Shown: positions 29,211 to 38,785, numbered from the stretch's first letter. The stretch: 64,000 nucleotides of DNA from Minisyncoccota bacterium (GCA_036517255.1 DATDXE010000015.1:14568-78567), one strand, 5' to 3'. Program-made: numbers and translations. The notes: generated by a model from the sequence alone, not told the origin.

Positions 29211-29735
29211 ATGGAGCAAGTACCACGCGTAGAAAAGACCAAAGATGGACTTCTGGTCATCCGGCTCCATGAAGTGCTGGTAGACCGAAGTCTTAGTTTC
29301 GAGGAAGCTGTGAGGCTCGGAGCTCCTGGCACAGGAGAGAACTCCTTCGTCTTCTTGTGCGAAGGCCAGTATTCACGAATGAATCAGAGTGAAATCAGGG
29401 AAGCCAGTTTTAGCGATATTTCCCTGCTGTCATTTAGAAGACGTTGGAAAAATAGTGAAGGCATCGAACACCTTGAATCAATCGGGCACAAAGGTGCTTC
29501 GCCCCAAGAAGTTTTGGCCATCGGGGGAAATTTCCCTCGATTAAACCAGAGCATGAGTAATTACGCTCCCCCATCGATGTATGTGACCAGTGTACGTGGT
29601 TGCTTCATCGGTATTCGGAGATGTTTTTTCTGTCTTGCATTCGGAGCAGAGCAGCCGATAGCAGGTCTGACTTCTTCATACGCCGGATGGCATCGAGCCG
29701 ACGAATGGCTCGCAGTCATTGGTAACGTAGAATAG
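29211..29735 (+). CDS. GC-rich hypothetical protein (about 174 aa; 207 aa if it starts at 29112)
   Basis: The GC-rich codon block starts near 29190. No recognisable family; Cys-rich C-terminus. Confidence 0.4.
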   Translation: MEQVPRVEKTKDGLLVIRLHEVLVDRSLSFEEAVRLGAPGTGENSFVFLCEGQYSRMNQSEIREASFSDISLLSFRRRWKNSEGIEHLESIGHKGASPQEVLAIGGNFPRLNQSMSNYAPPSMYVTSVRGCFIGIRRCFFCLAFGAEQPIAGLTSSYAGWHRADEWLAVIGNVE

Positions 29736-29736
29736 C

Positions 29737-29794
29737 CTCCGCTTCTTGGTAAATTCCTTCTGGGAAATACAAGAAGCGGAGCGTTTGTTTATTT
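29737..29794 (+). terminator. Intrinsic terminator (12-bp stem CTCCGCTTCTTG/CAAGAAGCGGAG plus T-tract)
   Basis: Seen directly in sequence. Confidence 0.5.
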
Positions 29795-30052
29795 AATATT
29801 TTTATTAAAATACTCCTTCAGCATCATCTTTAAAGACGATTTTCCTTTATCTGTTTTGAAATATTTTTCCCTTCTTTTAGCGTCAGTTATATTTTTGTAA
29901 GCCTCGTAAAAAATTAGATCAAGAGGTCTTCGTGGCTTAGTAGAAGGAACCTCTCCTTTTTCATGTTCTTCAAATCTTCTTTTCAAATTCTCTGAATAGC
30001 CTATGTATAACTTTTTATCTTTTAGACTTCGTAAAATATAGACGTAGTACAT
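29789..30052 (-). CDS. GIY-YIG nuclease family protein (YhbQ/UPF0213-like)
   Basis: YYVYILRS...LYIGYSENLKRRFEEH matches the GIY-YIG motif; about 88 aa. Confidence 0.6.
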   Translation of the reverse strand: MYYVYILRSLKDKKLYIGYSENLKRRFEEHEKGEVPSTKPRRPLDLIFYEAYKNITDAKRREKYFKTDKGKSSLKMMLKEYFNKNIK

Positions 30053-30137
30053 GTGGTGCACATGCACCATGTGAGGTGCATGGCTACCATAAACCTACTT
30101 CGGTTTTCTGGCAAAGCCATAAACCCTACGTGGTTTA

Positions 30138-30213
30138 TGGTGCGCGCACTAGGATTTGAACCTAGGACCTTTCCAGTATCAGTGGAATGCTCTACCAACT
30201 GAGCTATACGCGC
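30138..30213 (-). tRNA. tRNA-Ile (anticodon GAU)
   Basis: 76-nt cloverleaf folded by hand. Acceptor GCGCGUA/UGCGCGC, D-arm GCUC/GAGC, anticodon stem UUCCA/UGGAA with loop CUGAUAC, T-arm CUAGG-UUCAAAU-CCUAG. The 3' CCA is encoded. Confidence 0.85.
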
Positions 30214-30413
30214 GAATTTTTCCCAAGAGCGAAGCGATTGGTTGAAAAATTCAGCGTCCAGTTGTATTCAACTGGGAAGAATTTTCCGCTTTTGGTGGGC
30301 TTAAAAAATCTAACATAAAATTTTATAAAAGTTAAATCCCGTGAGAGAGGCTTGTAAGCCTACATCTCACGGGACGAGTGTCATCCCTAATAACCCCCCA
30401 AGGATGGGCACTC

Positions 30414-30740
30414 TTATCGGATACTGCGTGCGGCAGGCTTCTTGCCCGCAAGAGCCCGGCTCACCGCAGCCATACTTCTGTCGAAATTGGGGGGCTTTGG
30501 AGCATACTCAAACGCTCCATAAACTGGCGGTTTCGCCCTGGGCGTCTTCATAGCCAGCTCGTACTTCTTAGCTGACCTGAAGTCAGCTTTGATAGTAGGC
30601 CCAGCGACAAAAGCAACCAAAGCAACCACAACCGCCAAAGTCCCTAACGAAACCAGGCCGCTCACGGTGGGCGTGGCATCAAACATAGCCACAACCAACA
30701 CAAGAAAAACCATAGCAAGAATTCTAAGAAATTTTCCCAT
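30414..30740 (-). CDS. GC-rich small membrane protein (108 aa, 2 TM, basic C-tail)
   Basis: GGAGG SD; two hydrophobic helices; foreign GC-rich codon usage. Confidence 0.4.
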   Translation of the reverse strand: MGKFLRILAMVFLVLVVAMFDATPTVSGLVSLGTLAVVVALVAFVAGPTIKADFRSAKKYELAMKTPRAKPPVYGAFEYAPKPPNFDRSMAAVSRALAGKKPAARSIR

Positions 30741-30764
30741 AGCGAGAAAATCCTCCTGCCCTGT

Positions 30765-30793
30765 ATTATATCATAATCTACTATTAAATGCAA
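30765..30793 (-). promoter_or_regulatory. Consensus-like sigma70 promoter TTGCAT-17-TATAAT (minus strand)
   Basis: Reverse complement of 30765-30793. Confidence 0.45.
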
Positions 30794-30810
30794 GTAAAAA
30801 TTTAGACAGC

Positions 30811-30839
30811 AAAAAAGCCCTTATTTTAAGGGCTTTTTT
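30811..30839. terminator. Bidirectional intrinsic terminator (AAAAAAGCCCTTA-TTT-TAAGGGCTTTTTT)
   Basis: A-tract/stem/T-tract symmetry. It ends the 16S transcript on the minus strand. Confidence 0.6.
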
Positions 30840-31188
30840 GCTCGCCGGTTGGCGAAATAATATTCTTTGTTTTGTTCCGTCCTACTATTTAGTTTTCTGC
30901 TGTCTTTCCAGCTGCCACCCGCCTGTAACGCTATGCTTAGCATTGCGGGCAGGTACCATTTTAAGTTGTGATCAAACTATTGCGCACTCGATCGAGTTGC
31001 ACAATATCGACTGTCATTCCTTTCCTCCGACATAAGTCAGAGAAGAGGAAATTTTCACCTTGAAATATTCCACGAGCAGCTTCCGCTACCCGTGCCTTGT
31101 TACGACTTACTCCCTGTCATTGAGCTTACCTTAGTCCCACTTGCGTGAGCCTTTGGGTACTCCCAACTCCCTTGAGTTGACGGGCGGA

Positions 31189-32075
31189 TTGTGATTTTCT
31201 CACATCCCCTGAAGTATTTAATATAAATACTTCACCATACTGCTTCCCATCATTTCACAGTTTTGGACGTAGCGAGCAGATTTCCTGCACTACGCGAGCC
31301 CGATAGTTTTCAAATTCATTTTTGCTTTTAGCTTCCTGATTCTCTCTAAACCATCTTTAGTAAGATGATCTTTTGATTGAACTAGTTTGGCTACTTTACA
31401 AAATAATTCAAAATTTTTCTGTTTAGAAAAACTCTGAAGAGGATATTGTTTGAAAAATGGGATCAATATTTTAAGAACATCTGAATATGAACTTATGCTG
31501 TATCTATAGCATTGAGCATGGTTAACTCTCTGCTCTTTTTGAAAATACACAGCTCCACATTTCAGAGTATTCTTAACTTTTTCCAGAAGGAATCTATCTT
31601 TCTCCTGCATTTTTATATGAAAATGCAATTGAACATTAAACCCCATTCTGTAGAGAGAAGATTTTCTTACATTTACGTAAAAACATCCTTCTCCATCCGT
31701 TAATCCTACAATATACTCATTTGAAACTATCGGTTTTGTCCTTTCCACACATATTTAATATTATTGTTTTAATTATAACATTAAGTTGACGCATGGTACT
31801 ACGACTCAGCTGACTCCCAGCACTAATTTAGTGCTGGGTCTCCCAGGGTCATTTATAACTCCTTTCCAAACATCCCAACGAAGATTTTTGTTCGTGCTTC
31901 CTTCAGACTCACCGCAGAAGTCGCACATCTCTTTTTTGATCGGGCTACCTTTCGCTACTAGGATCCTTCGGTCCTCACATTACTGTAGGGGACCTACCCG
32001 TTCGCTAAATTGCTTTCGCAACTATCAGACTTTAACTGATTGGATTTATAAACTGCCTGGCGCCTTTAATTTTGA
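31189..32075 (-). mobile_element. Intervening sequence / intron-like insertion in 16S near E. coli position about 1390-1400, carrying a homing endonuclease ORF
   Basis: The conserved TGTACACACCGCCCGT block is split: GTACAAG sits at 32076-32082 and GACGGGCGG at 31180-31188. Confidence 0.65.
31290..31748 (-). CDS. LAGLIDADG homing endonuclease (single-motif)
   Basis: IVGLTDGEGCF dodecapeptide motif; 152 aa; same orientation as the rRNA. Confidence 0.7.
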   Translation of the reverse strand: MERTKPIVSNEYIVGLTDGEGCFYVNVRKSSLYRMGFNVQLHFHIKMQEKDRFLLEKVKNTLKCGAVYFQKEQRVNHAQCYRYSISSYSDVLKILIPFFKQYPLQSFSKQKNFELFCKVAKLVQSKDHLTKDGLERIRKLKAKMNLKTIGLA

Positions 32076-32298
32076 GTACAAGACTTGAGAACGTATTCAC
32101 CGCGGTATAGCTGACCCGCGATTACTAGCGATTCCAACTTCATGGGGTCGAGTTTCAGCCCCCAATCCGAACTGGCGCCACTTTTCTTAGGATTAGCTCA
32201 GTCTTGCGACGTCGCGACCCGTTGTAGTGGCGATTGTATTATGCGTGTAGCCCAAGGCGTCAGAGGGACATGCTGACCTGGCGTCATCCTCGCTTCCT

Positions 32299-32441
32299 CC
32301 CAGCACGAAGTGAACGAAGTTCACTTCAAGTAAAAAGTTCATAAAGTTATAAAGTTTTTAAAGTAAGGAAAATTCTTACTTTATAACTTTACAAACTTTC
32401 AACTCCTTAACTCGAAGTGCGTTCACGCACTTTGTGCTGGG
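32299..32441 (-). other. 16S expansion segment of about 120 nt (V7 region), AT-rich nested palindrome
   Basis: The interval between the GGAGGAAG...GACGTC block and CATGCATCACCTG is about twice the canonical length. Outer stem CCCAGCACGAAGTG/CACTTTGTGCTGGG; inner AAGTTATAAAGT/ACTTTATAACTT. Confidence 0.5.
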
Positions 32442-33792
32442 CAGTCTCGGCTGACACTTGTAACAGCCAACGAGGGTTGCGTTCGTTACCCCACTTAAGG
32501 GAACAACTCAAATCACGAACTGACGACGGCCATGCATCACCTGTTCAAGTGTTCTTGCGAACGTTTACATTTCTGTATTCTTCACTTGAATTTCTAGCCT
32601 TGGTAAGGTTTTTCGTTTGTTGTCGAATTGAACCGCATAATCCACCGCTTGTGCAAGTCCCCGTCTATTCCTTTGAGTTTTAAGCTTGCGCTCGTACTAC
32701 CCAGGCGCCTCTCTTAACGCGTTAGCTTCGCCTCCCAGAGGGTCGATACTCCGGAAAGCTAGAGAGGAACGTTTAGGGCGTAGACTACGCGGGTATCTAA
32801 TCCGCTTCGCTACCTACGCTTTCGTGTTTCAGTGTCAGGAGTGCGCCAGTGAATTGCCTTCGCTTTTGGTGTTCCCCATGATATCAACGGATTTCACCCC
32901 TACTCCATGAGTTCCATTCACCCCTCGCATCCTCAAGCTCTGCCGTTTCTTTCGCATTTCTCCAATTAGGTCGGAGTCTTTAACGAAAGACTAACAGTGC
33001 CACCTACACACCCTTTACGCCCAGTGATTCCGGATAACGCTTGGGGCCTCTGTATTACCGCTCCTGCTGGCACAGAGTTTGGAGCCCCTTATTCATGAGG
33101 TACTATCGTCCCGAAGGATTTCTCCCTCATAAAAGACCTTTACGTCCCGAAGGACTTCATCAGTCACGCGGCGTCGCTCGATCAGGCTTTCGCCCATTGT
33201 CGAATATTCTCGGCTGCAGCCACCCGTAGGTGTATGGACCGTTTCTCAGTTCCATCGGTGGGGGTCAGCCTCTCAGCTCCCCTAAGCGTCATAGCCTTGG
33301 TAAGCCATTACCTTACCAACTAGCTGATACTCCGCAGGCTCTTCCTTAAGCGTCTTGCGACTTTACTCTTACGAGACTATTTGGGATTACCTCCTCTTTC
33401 GAGAAGCTATACCAAACTTAAGGGAAGATACCTACGTGTTACTACCTCGTCTGCCGGTACCTCGGTCTTGCGACCTCGGCCCCTTGACTTGCATGCCTTA
33501 TCCACGCCGCCAGCGTTCATCCTGAGCTAGGATCAAACTCTAAATATAATTAGACGGAACAAAACGAAGAATACTATATCCTGTCATTTCATATTTTCTA
33601 ATTTTTCAGTTTGATCTTCTAACTCAAAAAATCATTGTTTGTGTGTACTTATTTTATTACTCAAAGAAATATAGACTAGGACTTACATCTCAATCTTATA
33701 TATTTCTTATTTCAAGTATGAAAATGTCAAAGACCAATCAAAACTCCCCACGAAGGAGAGCAGGGTAAAGTATAAGGATAAAAATAGGCCTG

Positions 33793-34395
33793 TCAAATAG
33801 TGATTCCAGCCCTCCCTCTCGAGAGAGCCCTGTATACAAATATGGAAGAAAACGTGGTAACCGGCACCGATACGAGTAGGCCAATCCCTAATGCTAAGAA
33901 ACCTAGGAAGTTAAGTACCCCAACTACGATCCAAAACAAAAGAAGACTCCAGAAATTACCCTCGGTGATAGCCCAACTCTCTTTCATAGAAGCAATTATG
34001 CCCATATTTGTATCGACAAGGATAAGAGGAGCAAAAGAAAACCTTACAGCCCACAAAATACCCGGCAAGATAAGAAGTAAGAGGCCAACAAAAACTATGA
34101 CCGGAAAAAGAATAGAGATTCCTAGATATTTCCAAAATAAAGGATAGCTCCTGAAAATATCACTGAATTTAGGTTTGTCATTGTCAGTTATACGGAGAAA
34201 AATTTTGCTATAACCGATGCGTATCACGATTAAAAGTATCGCCGCTAAAATTCCGAAGAGTGATTTGAAAAGCCCTTTCCCTCCTCCAGAAACAGCTCCT
34301 ACTGCTAGCATAAGCAAAGTGGAGAGAACAGAAAGATGCATATTCTCTTTCATCCTTGCCCAACCATATTTGACAGACTCAGAAATCGAAAACAT
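33793..34395 (-). CDS. Polytopic membrane protein, unknown function
   Basis: About 200 aa with 5-6 TM helices. The likely start is the internal Met. Confidence 0.35.
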   Translation of the reverse strand: MFSISESVKYGWARMKENMHLSVLSTLLMLAVGAVSGGGKGLFKSLFGILAAILLIVIRIGYSKIFLRITDNDKPKFSDIFRSYPLFWKYLGISILFPVIVFVGLLLLILPGILWAVRFSFAPLILVDTNMGIIASMKESWAITEGNFWSLLLFWIVVGVLNFLGFLALGIGLLVSVPVTTFSSIFVYRALSRGRAGITI

Positions 34396-34402
34396 GAGTT
34401 TA

Positions 34403-35308
34403 TTATACTTTATTCCTCCACTTCTGAATAGTAACAAGTAATGGTGAACCGAAAAAGATGGATGAGTAGGTACCGGCGATGATACCGATGCCCATAGTAA
34501 GAGCAAAATGCTTGGTAGCTTCAGGTCCAAAGAAATAGAGAACAACAATAGCAAGAAGGGTGGTAACGGAGGTATTTATAGAGCGAGTGAATGTTTCCGA
34601 AATACTTCTGCCTACAATTGCTTCAAACTCTTCCTTACCTCCCCTATCATTACTTATTTTCAAATTTTCCCTAACCCGATCAAATACTACGATAGTATCG
34701 TGAATAGAAAAGCCTAGGATAACAAGAAGGGCTGTCACGAAAAGAGTATCGACTTCGAACCCTTGAAAGTGGCCTAAAATGGCGAATATCCCTGTAGGAA
34801 TAATGACATCGTGAGCGAGAGCGACTAGTGCCACTCCTCCATAAACCCAAGAGCTGATCGGTTTGGAAACCTTCCTGAAGGCAAAAGTGATAAATAAGAT
34901 AATAGCCACTAAAACCAATATGATGGATAGGTAAGATTTGTTGATAGCTTCTATACCGAGAACTGGCCCGACCGTATTAAATTCTTTCTCGATAGGCACA
35001 TACTTACCTTCAATGCTAAGAAGTGCCATGACACCAGCTTTTCTGGACTGATCGATTTCCTTTGTTCTGATGATAAAGGAGTCATCACCAGCATTCCTCA
35101 CAGAAATACCTCCAAGGTCAAGTACAGAAAGGGCATCATTCACTTCTCCCACAGTGGGGGTGGCTCCTTCGTAAGAAACGTTGAGCAAACTACCACCAGT
35201 AAAATCAATACCGGGCTTTAATCCATAAGCTGAAATAGCCCAAATTGAAATAGCGAAAAGTAAGGCCGAGAAACAATAAAATATTTTTCTATATTTGATG
35301 ATTTTCAT
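34403..35308 (-). CDS. secF: Protein translocase subunit SecF
   Basis: SecD/F family TM architecture. Its ATGA overlaps the secD stop. Confidence 0.7.
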   Translation of the reverse strand: MKIIKYRKIFYCFSALLFAISIWAISAYGLKPGIDFTGGSLLNVSYEGATPTVGEVNDALSVLDLGGISVRNAGDDSFIIRTKEIDQSRKAGVMALLSIEGKYVPIEKEFNTVGPVLGIEAINKSYLSIILVLVAIILFITFAFRKVSKPISSWVYGGVALVALAHDVIIPTGIFAILGHFQGFEVDTLFVTALLVILGFSIHDTIVVFDRVRENLKISNDRGGKEEFEAIVGRSISETFTRSINTSVTTLLAIVVLYFFGPEATKHFALTMGIGIIAGTYSSIFFGSPLLVTIQKWRNKV

Positions 35309-35309
35309 A

Positions 35310-36581
35310 TTATTTTTTATCTGATTGCATGGCGAACAATATGGTGCGTGAAGCTGTAATAGCGGAGAACATAGAAACAAGGACGCCTATGAGAAATACT
35401 AAAGCAAAGCCTTTCACGACTGGCGTAGAGGCTAGGTAGAAAAGAATAAGAGCCGTTATTATACTCGAAAGATTCGAATCACGAATCGATGTCCAAGCTC
35501 TTTTAAAACCTTCACTCAAGGCATCAACTTTATTTTTACCTTTTTTAAACTCCTCTTTTGTTCTTTCAAATATTAGAATATTGGCATCGACCGCCATTCC
35601 GATTGATAATATAAAGCCAGCAATACCGGCAGCAGTCAAAGTAACCGACATCAATTTGAACAAGGCCAGGTTGATAACGGTATAGATAATGAGAGCAACG
35701 ACAGACACAAGTCCCGGACCTCTATACCAACCTATGAGGAAAATGGCGATAATAATAAAGGAATACAGTCCGGCCTTTAAGCTGTCAGCCACGGCTTGCT
35801 GACCCAAAGTAGCTCCTATTGACTGAGTACTTATAAGTTCGACAGGCACAGGTAATGCACCGTAGTTCAAATCACGCACTACCTGTTTCGCTTCCTCAGC
35901 AGTAAAGTCACCAGTTATCACTGCTTCGCCTGAAGGTATTTCTTCACGGATATAAGGGGCTTGAATCAACAGCCCATCCAGGAAAATGCCCATGATGCGA
36001 CCAATATTATTTTTTGTTATTTCTGCAAAAAGATTTTTACCTTCAGTATTAAATTGTAAGCCAATAATCGGTTGGGTTGGAAAATTTGGATCAAACTGAA
36101 TGGTGGCTTTCTGCAATTTACCACCATCGAGACCTGTAGCGATGAAAACATCCTCAGGGACTACGCCATCACCTACCGAAGACAGATCAAAATCAGGCTT
36201 CATGAGCATAAACTCCAGTGTGGGAGTTTTGCCGATTTGGTCTATAGCTTCTTGCACATTAGTAACCCCGGGCAATTCAACAATAAGCCTATTCTGCCCC
36301 TCTCCCCCAATGCCACTAGTTTCTACTTGTACTAGAGGCTCTGACACGCCAAAAAGGTTCACCCTTCTCTCAATAGCATTCCTTAGAGCTTCCATAGAAT
36401 CATCGATTTCACCGGAAGCAACTTTAGAAGTATCAGCTCGATATATAAGCTGTGTCCCTCCGGACAAATCTAGCCCAAGTTTAAATTTATTTTCACCAGT
36501 CTTCTCGCCATTCCAAATCCAAAGCCCCATGACGATCGAAGCGAAAATTATGAGTATTGCCCAAAATCTGTATTTAGCCAT
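35310..36581 (-). CDS. secD: Protein translocase subunit SecD
   Basis: LDLSGGTQL...; GLDLKGG-like motifs; C-terminal 6 TM helices. Confidence 0.7.
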   Translation of the reverse strand: MAKYRFWAILIIFASIVMGLWIWNGEKTGENKFKLGLDLSGGTQLIYRADTSKVASGEIDDSMEALRNAIERRVNLFGVSEPLVQVETSGIGGEGQNRLIVELPGVTNVQEAIDQIGKTPTLEFMLMKPDFDLSSVGDGVVPEDVFIATGLDGGKLQKATIQFDPNFPTQPIIGLQFNTEGKNLFAEITKNNIGRIMGIFLDGLLIQAPYIREEIPSGEAVITGDFTAEEAKQVVRDLNYGALPVPVELISTQSIGATLGQQAVADSLKAGLYSFIIIAIFLIGWYRGPGLVSVVALIIYTVINLALFKLMSVTLTAAGIAGFILSIGMAVDANILIFERTKEEFKKGKNKVDALSEGFKRAWTSIRDSNLSSIITALILFYLASTPVVKGFALVFLIGVLVSMFSAITASRTILFAMQSDKK

Positions 36582-36591
36582 TTATTTATAT

Positions 36592-37950
36592 TTAGACTCC
36601 ACTTCTGGATAGTATCACTTTTAGAGTCTTTAGTGCAATTTTGAGGTCGAGCATGAGGGAACGGTTTTTGATGTAATAGAGGTCGTAGGAAAGCTTGCGA
36701 CGAGTCTTAAAAGCGTCGGCAACAACCTTGGGCGGATCGCGATGATATAGCTGAGCCCAACCGGAAAGGCCTGGTTTTATAAGATGACGAACATTGTAGT
36801 AAGGGATTTCATTTTCGTAATTTCTAACTAGAGATACTATCTCGGCTCTCGGACCAATAACTGACATGTCACCTTTTAAAACATTCCAAAATTGAGGCCA
36901 TTCGTCAATTCTAACTGATCTGATAAATTTACCGACTTTGGTGATATGCTGGGCTTCATTCCGCGCCTCGCTACGCACCTCGCTTGCGAGACGGGCGGGC
37001 GACATACTTCTAAATTTCCAGATTTTTATTACCTTATTATTTTTGCCTATCATTTCTTGGGTGAAGAAAATTTTACCTCCATCCTCGATCTTGATCGCAA
37101 GGCCAACCACTATACAGAAAACGATGTTCAGAGAACCGACAATAATACTTATAATTATATCCATAATCCTCTTCAGGGCATCGTAAGCCACATGTGAAGA
37201 AGTGGAAACATTTTCTAAAAACCAATTGTATTTCAGAAGCGAGAGGGGCACTCGATCAAAAATATCTTCATAAATTTTATACATATCGATAAACTTCACA
37301 TCAGCAAAAATTAAATTATATAGATTCGGAAGTATCGGTTCCACCTTTTCATTATGTAGGTCAATAGCGATGATCTGCACCCCTTCGGAATAAACCCGAG
37401 ATATTATTTCGTCTTTGAAATTAAGTGACTCTATTTCGCTCACATCAATCGATGATATGAACTCCAAACCGTAGCGAGGATTGTTATTTACTTCCTCAAT
37501 CAACTCCCTCATTTCTTCCCCCTGACCTACGATGATTCCTTTCTGAACTGTAGCTGGCCTCAAAAGACGCACCCCATAAAGCCTCCAAGCCAGGATAAGA
37601 GCGAAGGAGATAAGGAGGTGTATAAAGAGGATGGTTTTGGGTGCAATTTTGAAATAAGGTATGGAATAAAAGAAAAGAACAGCAAGGAAAGTATTACTAA
37701 TTTGAGCATTGAAAATGGTGCTCGGTAAACGTGTTTTGAGGAGAAGTGTATGCTTTTCATATAAGCCAGTAATGAAGAAGGTTACTATCCATACAGCAGA
37801 AAGGATGGAAAAAGGGAAAGCATGCTGAACAAAGGCTTCCCCAGCAGGAAAAGTGAAATACCTAAAAGCCAAGGCTAAATACAAGGAAAAATAGAAAATG
37901 ACGATATCGCCCAAAAAAAGAAGTAAAGCCTCTTTTCTATTTTGAAACAT
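36592..37950 (-). CDS. Exopolysaccharide-type polyprenyl glycosylphosphotransferase (Bac_transf/WbaP-EpsL family)
   Basis: C-terminal KRIMDIIISII...KFRSM...DEWPQFWNVLKGDMSVIGPR is the sugar-transferase signature. N-terminal TM helices. Confidence 0.65.
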   Translation of the reverse strand: MFQNRKEALLLFLGDIVIFYFSLYLALAFRYFTFPAGEAFVQHAFPFSILSAVWIVTFFITGLYEKHTLLLKTRLPSTIFNAQISNTFLAVLFFYSIPYFKIAPKTILFIHLLISFALILAWRLYGVRLLRPATVQKGIIVGQGEEMRELIEEVNNNPRYGLEFISSIDVSEIESLNFKDEIISRVYSEGVQIIAIDLHNEKVEPILPNLYNLIFADVKFIDMYKIYEDIFDRVPLSLLKYNWFLENVSTSSHVAYDALKRIMDIIISIIVGSLNIVFCIVVGLAIKIEDGGKIFFTQEMIGKNNKVIKIWKFRSMSPARLASEVRSEARNEAQHITKVGKFIRSVRIDEWPQFWNVLKGDMSVIGPRAEIVSLVRNYENEIPYYNVRHLIKPGLSGWAQLYHRDPPKVVADAFKTRRKLSYDLYYIKNRSLMLDLKIALKTLKVILSRSGV

Positions 37951-37998
37951 ATATATATTATAACTCCAACTAATTTTTTCTCCTCCTACTCTTCCCTT

Positions 37999-38559
37999 CT
38001 ATTTTTTAAATGGGAAACCAACTGATTTTAAGAAAGCTAAAGTTTTTTCTTTGGAGTTAAGATTGGTGACGATAGTCACTGCAAAACCAAATACATCTTT
38101 CAGCTCTTCATCAGCAGTTTCAGGAAATACCACATGTTCTTTTATGCCTAAAGTATAGTTGCCCATCTCATCGACTCCACCATCCGACAAGCCACGAAAA
38201 TCTTTGGTCCTAGGTAGAGCTATATTTATAAGTTTATCCAGGAAACTCCACATCCTTTCTCCTCGAAGAGTGATTTGGATTCCTACTGTATCCCCCTCAC
38301 GCACCTTGAAAGAAGCCACTGATTGCTTGGCCCCTTTCTTAACCGGACGCTGTCCTGTGATTTTTGAAAGCCTATCAAAAGCTAATTCAATTTTCTTTTT
38401 ATCGGAAAAAGAACCTACTCCAGCATTAATCACCGCTTTCTCTATTCTAGGAGCTTGCATAACATTAACCATCTTAAGTGGTTCTTTGAGTTCCTTGAAC
38501 GAATTTTTTGTTTTTTCTTTAAGAGTTTTCATAATTTTTCCATCTTTACTTCTTTCCAT
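37999..38559 (-). CDS. rplE: 50S ribosomal protein L5
   Basis: NVMQAPRIEKAVINAGVG. Confidence 0.8.
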   Translation of the reverse strand: MERSKDGKIMKTLKEKTKNSFKELKEPLKMVNVMQAPRIEKAVINAGVGSFSDKKKIELAFDRLSKITGQRPVKKGAKQSVASFKVREGDTVGIQITLRGERMWSFLDKLINIALPRTKDFRGLSDGGVDEMGNYTLGIKEHVVFPETADEELKDVFGFAVTIVTNLNSKEKTLAFLKSVGFPFKK

Positions 38560-38561
38560 CT

Positions 38562-38777
38562 TTAAATCTTCTTAACATTGCTTACATGTATTGGAAAGGC
38601 CTGATCGACAAGTTGACCCTTCTGCCCTTGCTTCTTAGCTCTGATATGTTTTTTGTGGACATTTACTCCATCCAAAATCACTTTATCAATTTGAGGAAAT
38701 GCTTTCACCACAGAGCCCTGTTTGCCCTTATCTTTTCCCGTTATAACTTGAACCTTGTCGCCTTTTTTGATTTTCAT
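38562..38777 (-). CDS. rplX: 50S ribosomal protein L24
   Basis: KIKKGDKVQVITGKDKGKQG KOW motif. Confidence 0.8.
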   Translation of the reverse strand: MKIKKGDKVQVITGKDKGKQGSVVKAFPQIDKVILDGVNVHKKHIRAKKQGQKGQLVDQAFPIHVSNVKKI

Positions 38778-38785
38778 ATTTTTAT

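Larger units (their letters stand above)
31042..33548 (-). rRNA. rrs: 16S rRNA gene, about 2.5 kb because of an intervening sequence of about 0.9 kb and a V7 expansion
   Basis: 5' end is the reverse complement of AGAGTTTGATC at 33531-33541. Conserved blocks seen by eye: ACGGGCGG, GAACGTATTCACCGCGG, CATGCATCACCTG, and CCTTGTTACGACTT at the 3' end. Helix 45 shows a GGAA loop. Confidence 0.85.

Noticed and set aside
31786-33229. ORFs 31786-32088, 32417-32683, 32686-32910 and 33041-33229 on the plus strand
   Set aside because: They lie inside the 16S rRNA gene and its intron, antisense to the rRNA.
33793-34395. Polytopic membrane protein as candidate exosortase
   Set aside because: It is too small, and I cannot identify the conserved exosortase Cys/Arg/Asn active-site pattern or the 8-TM layout.
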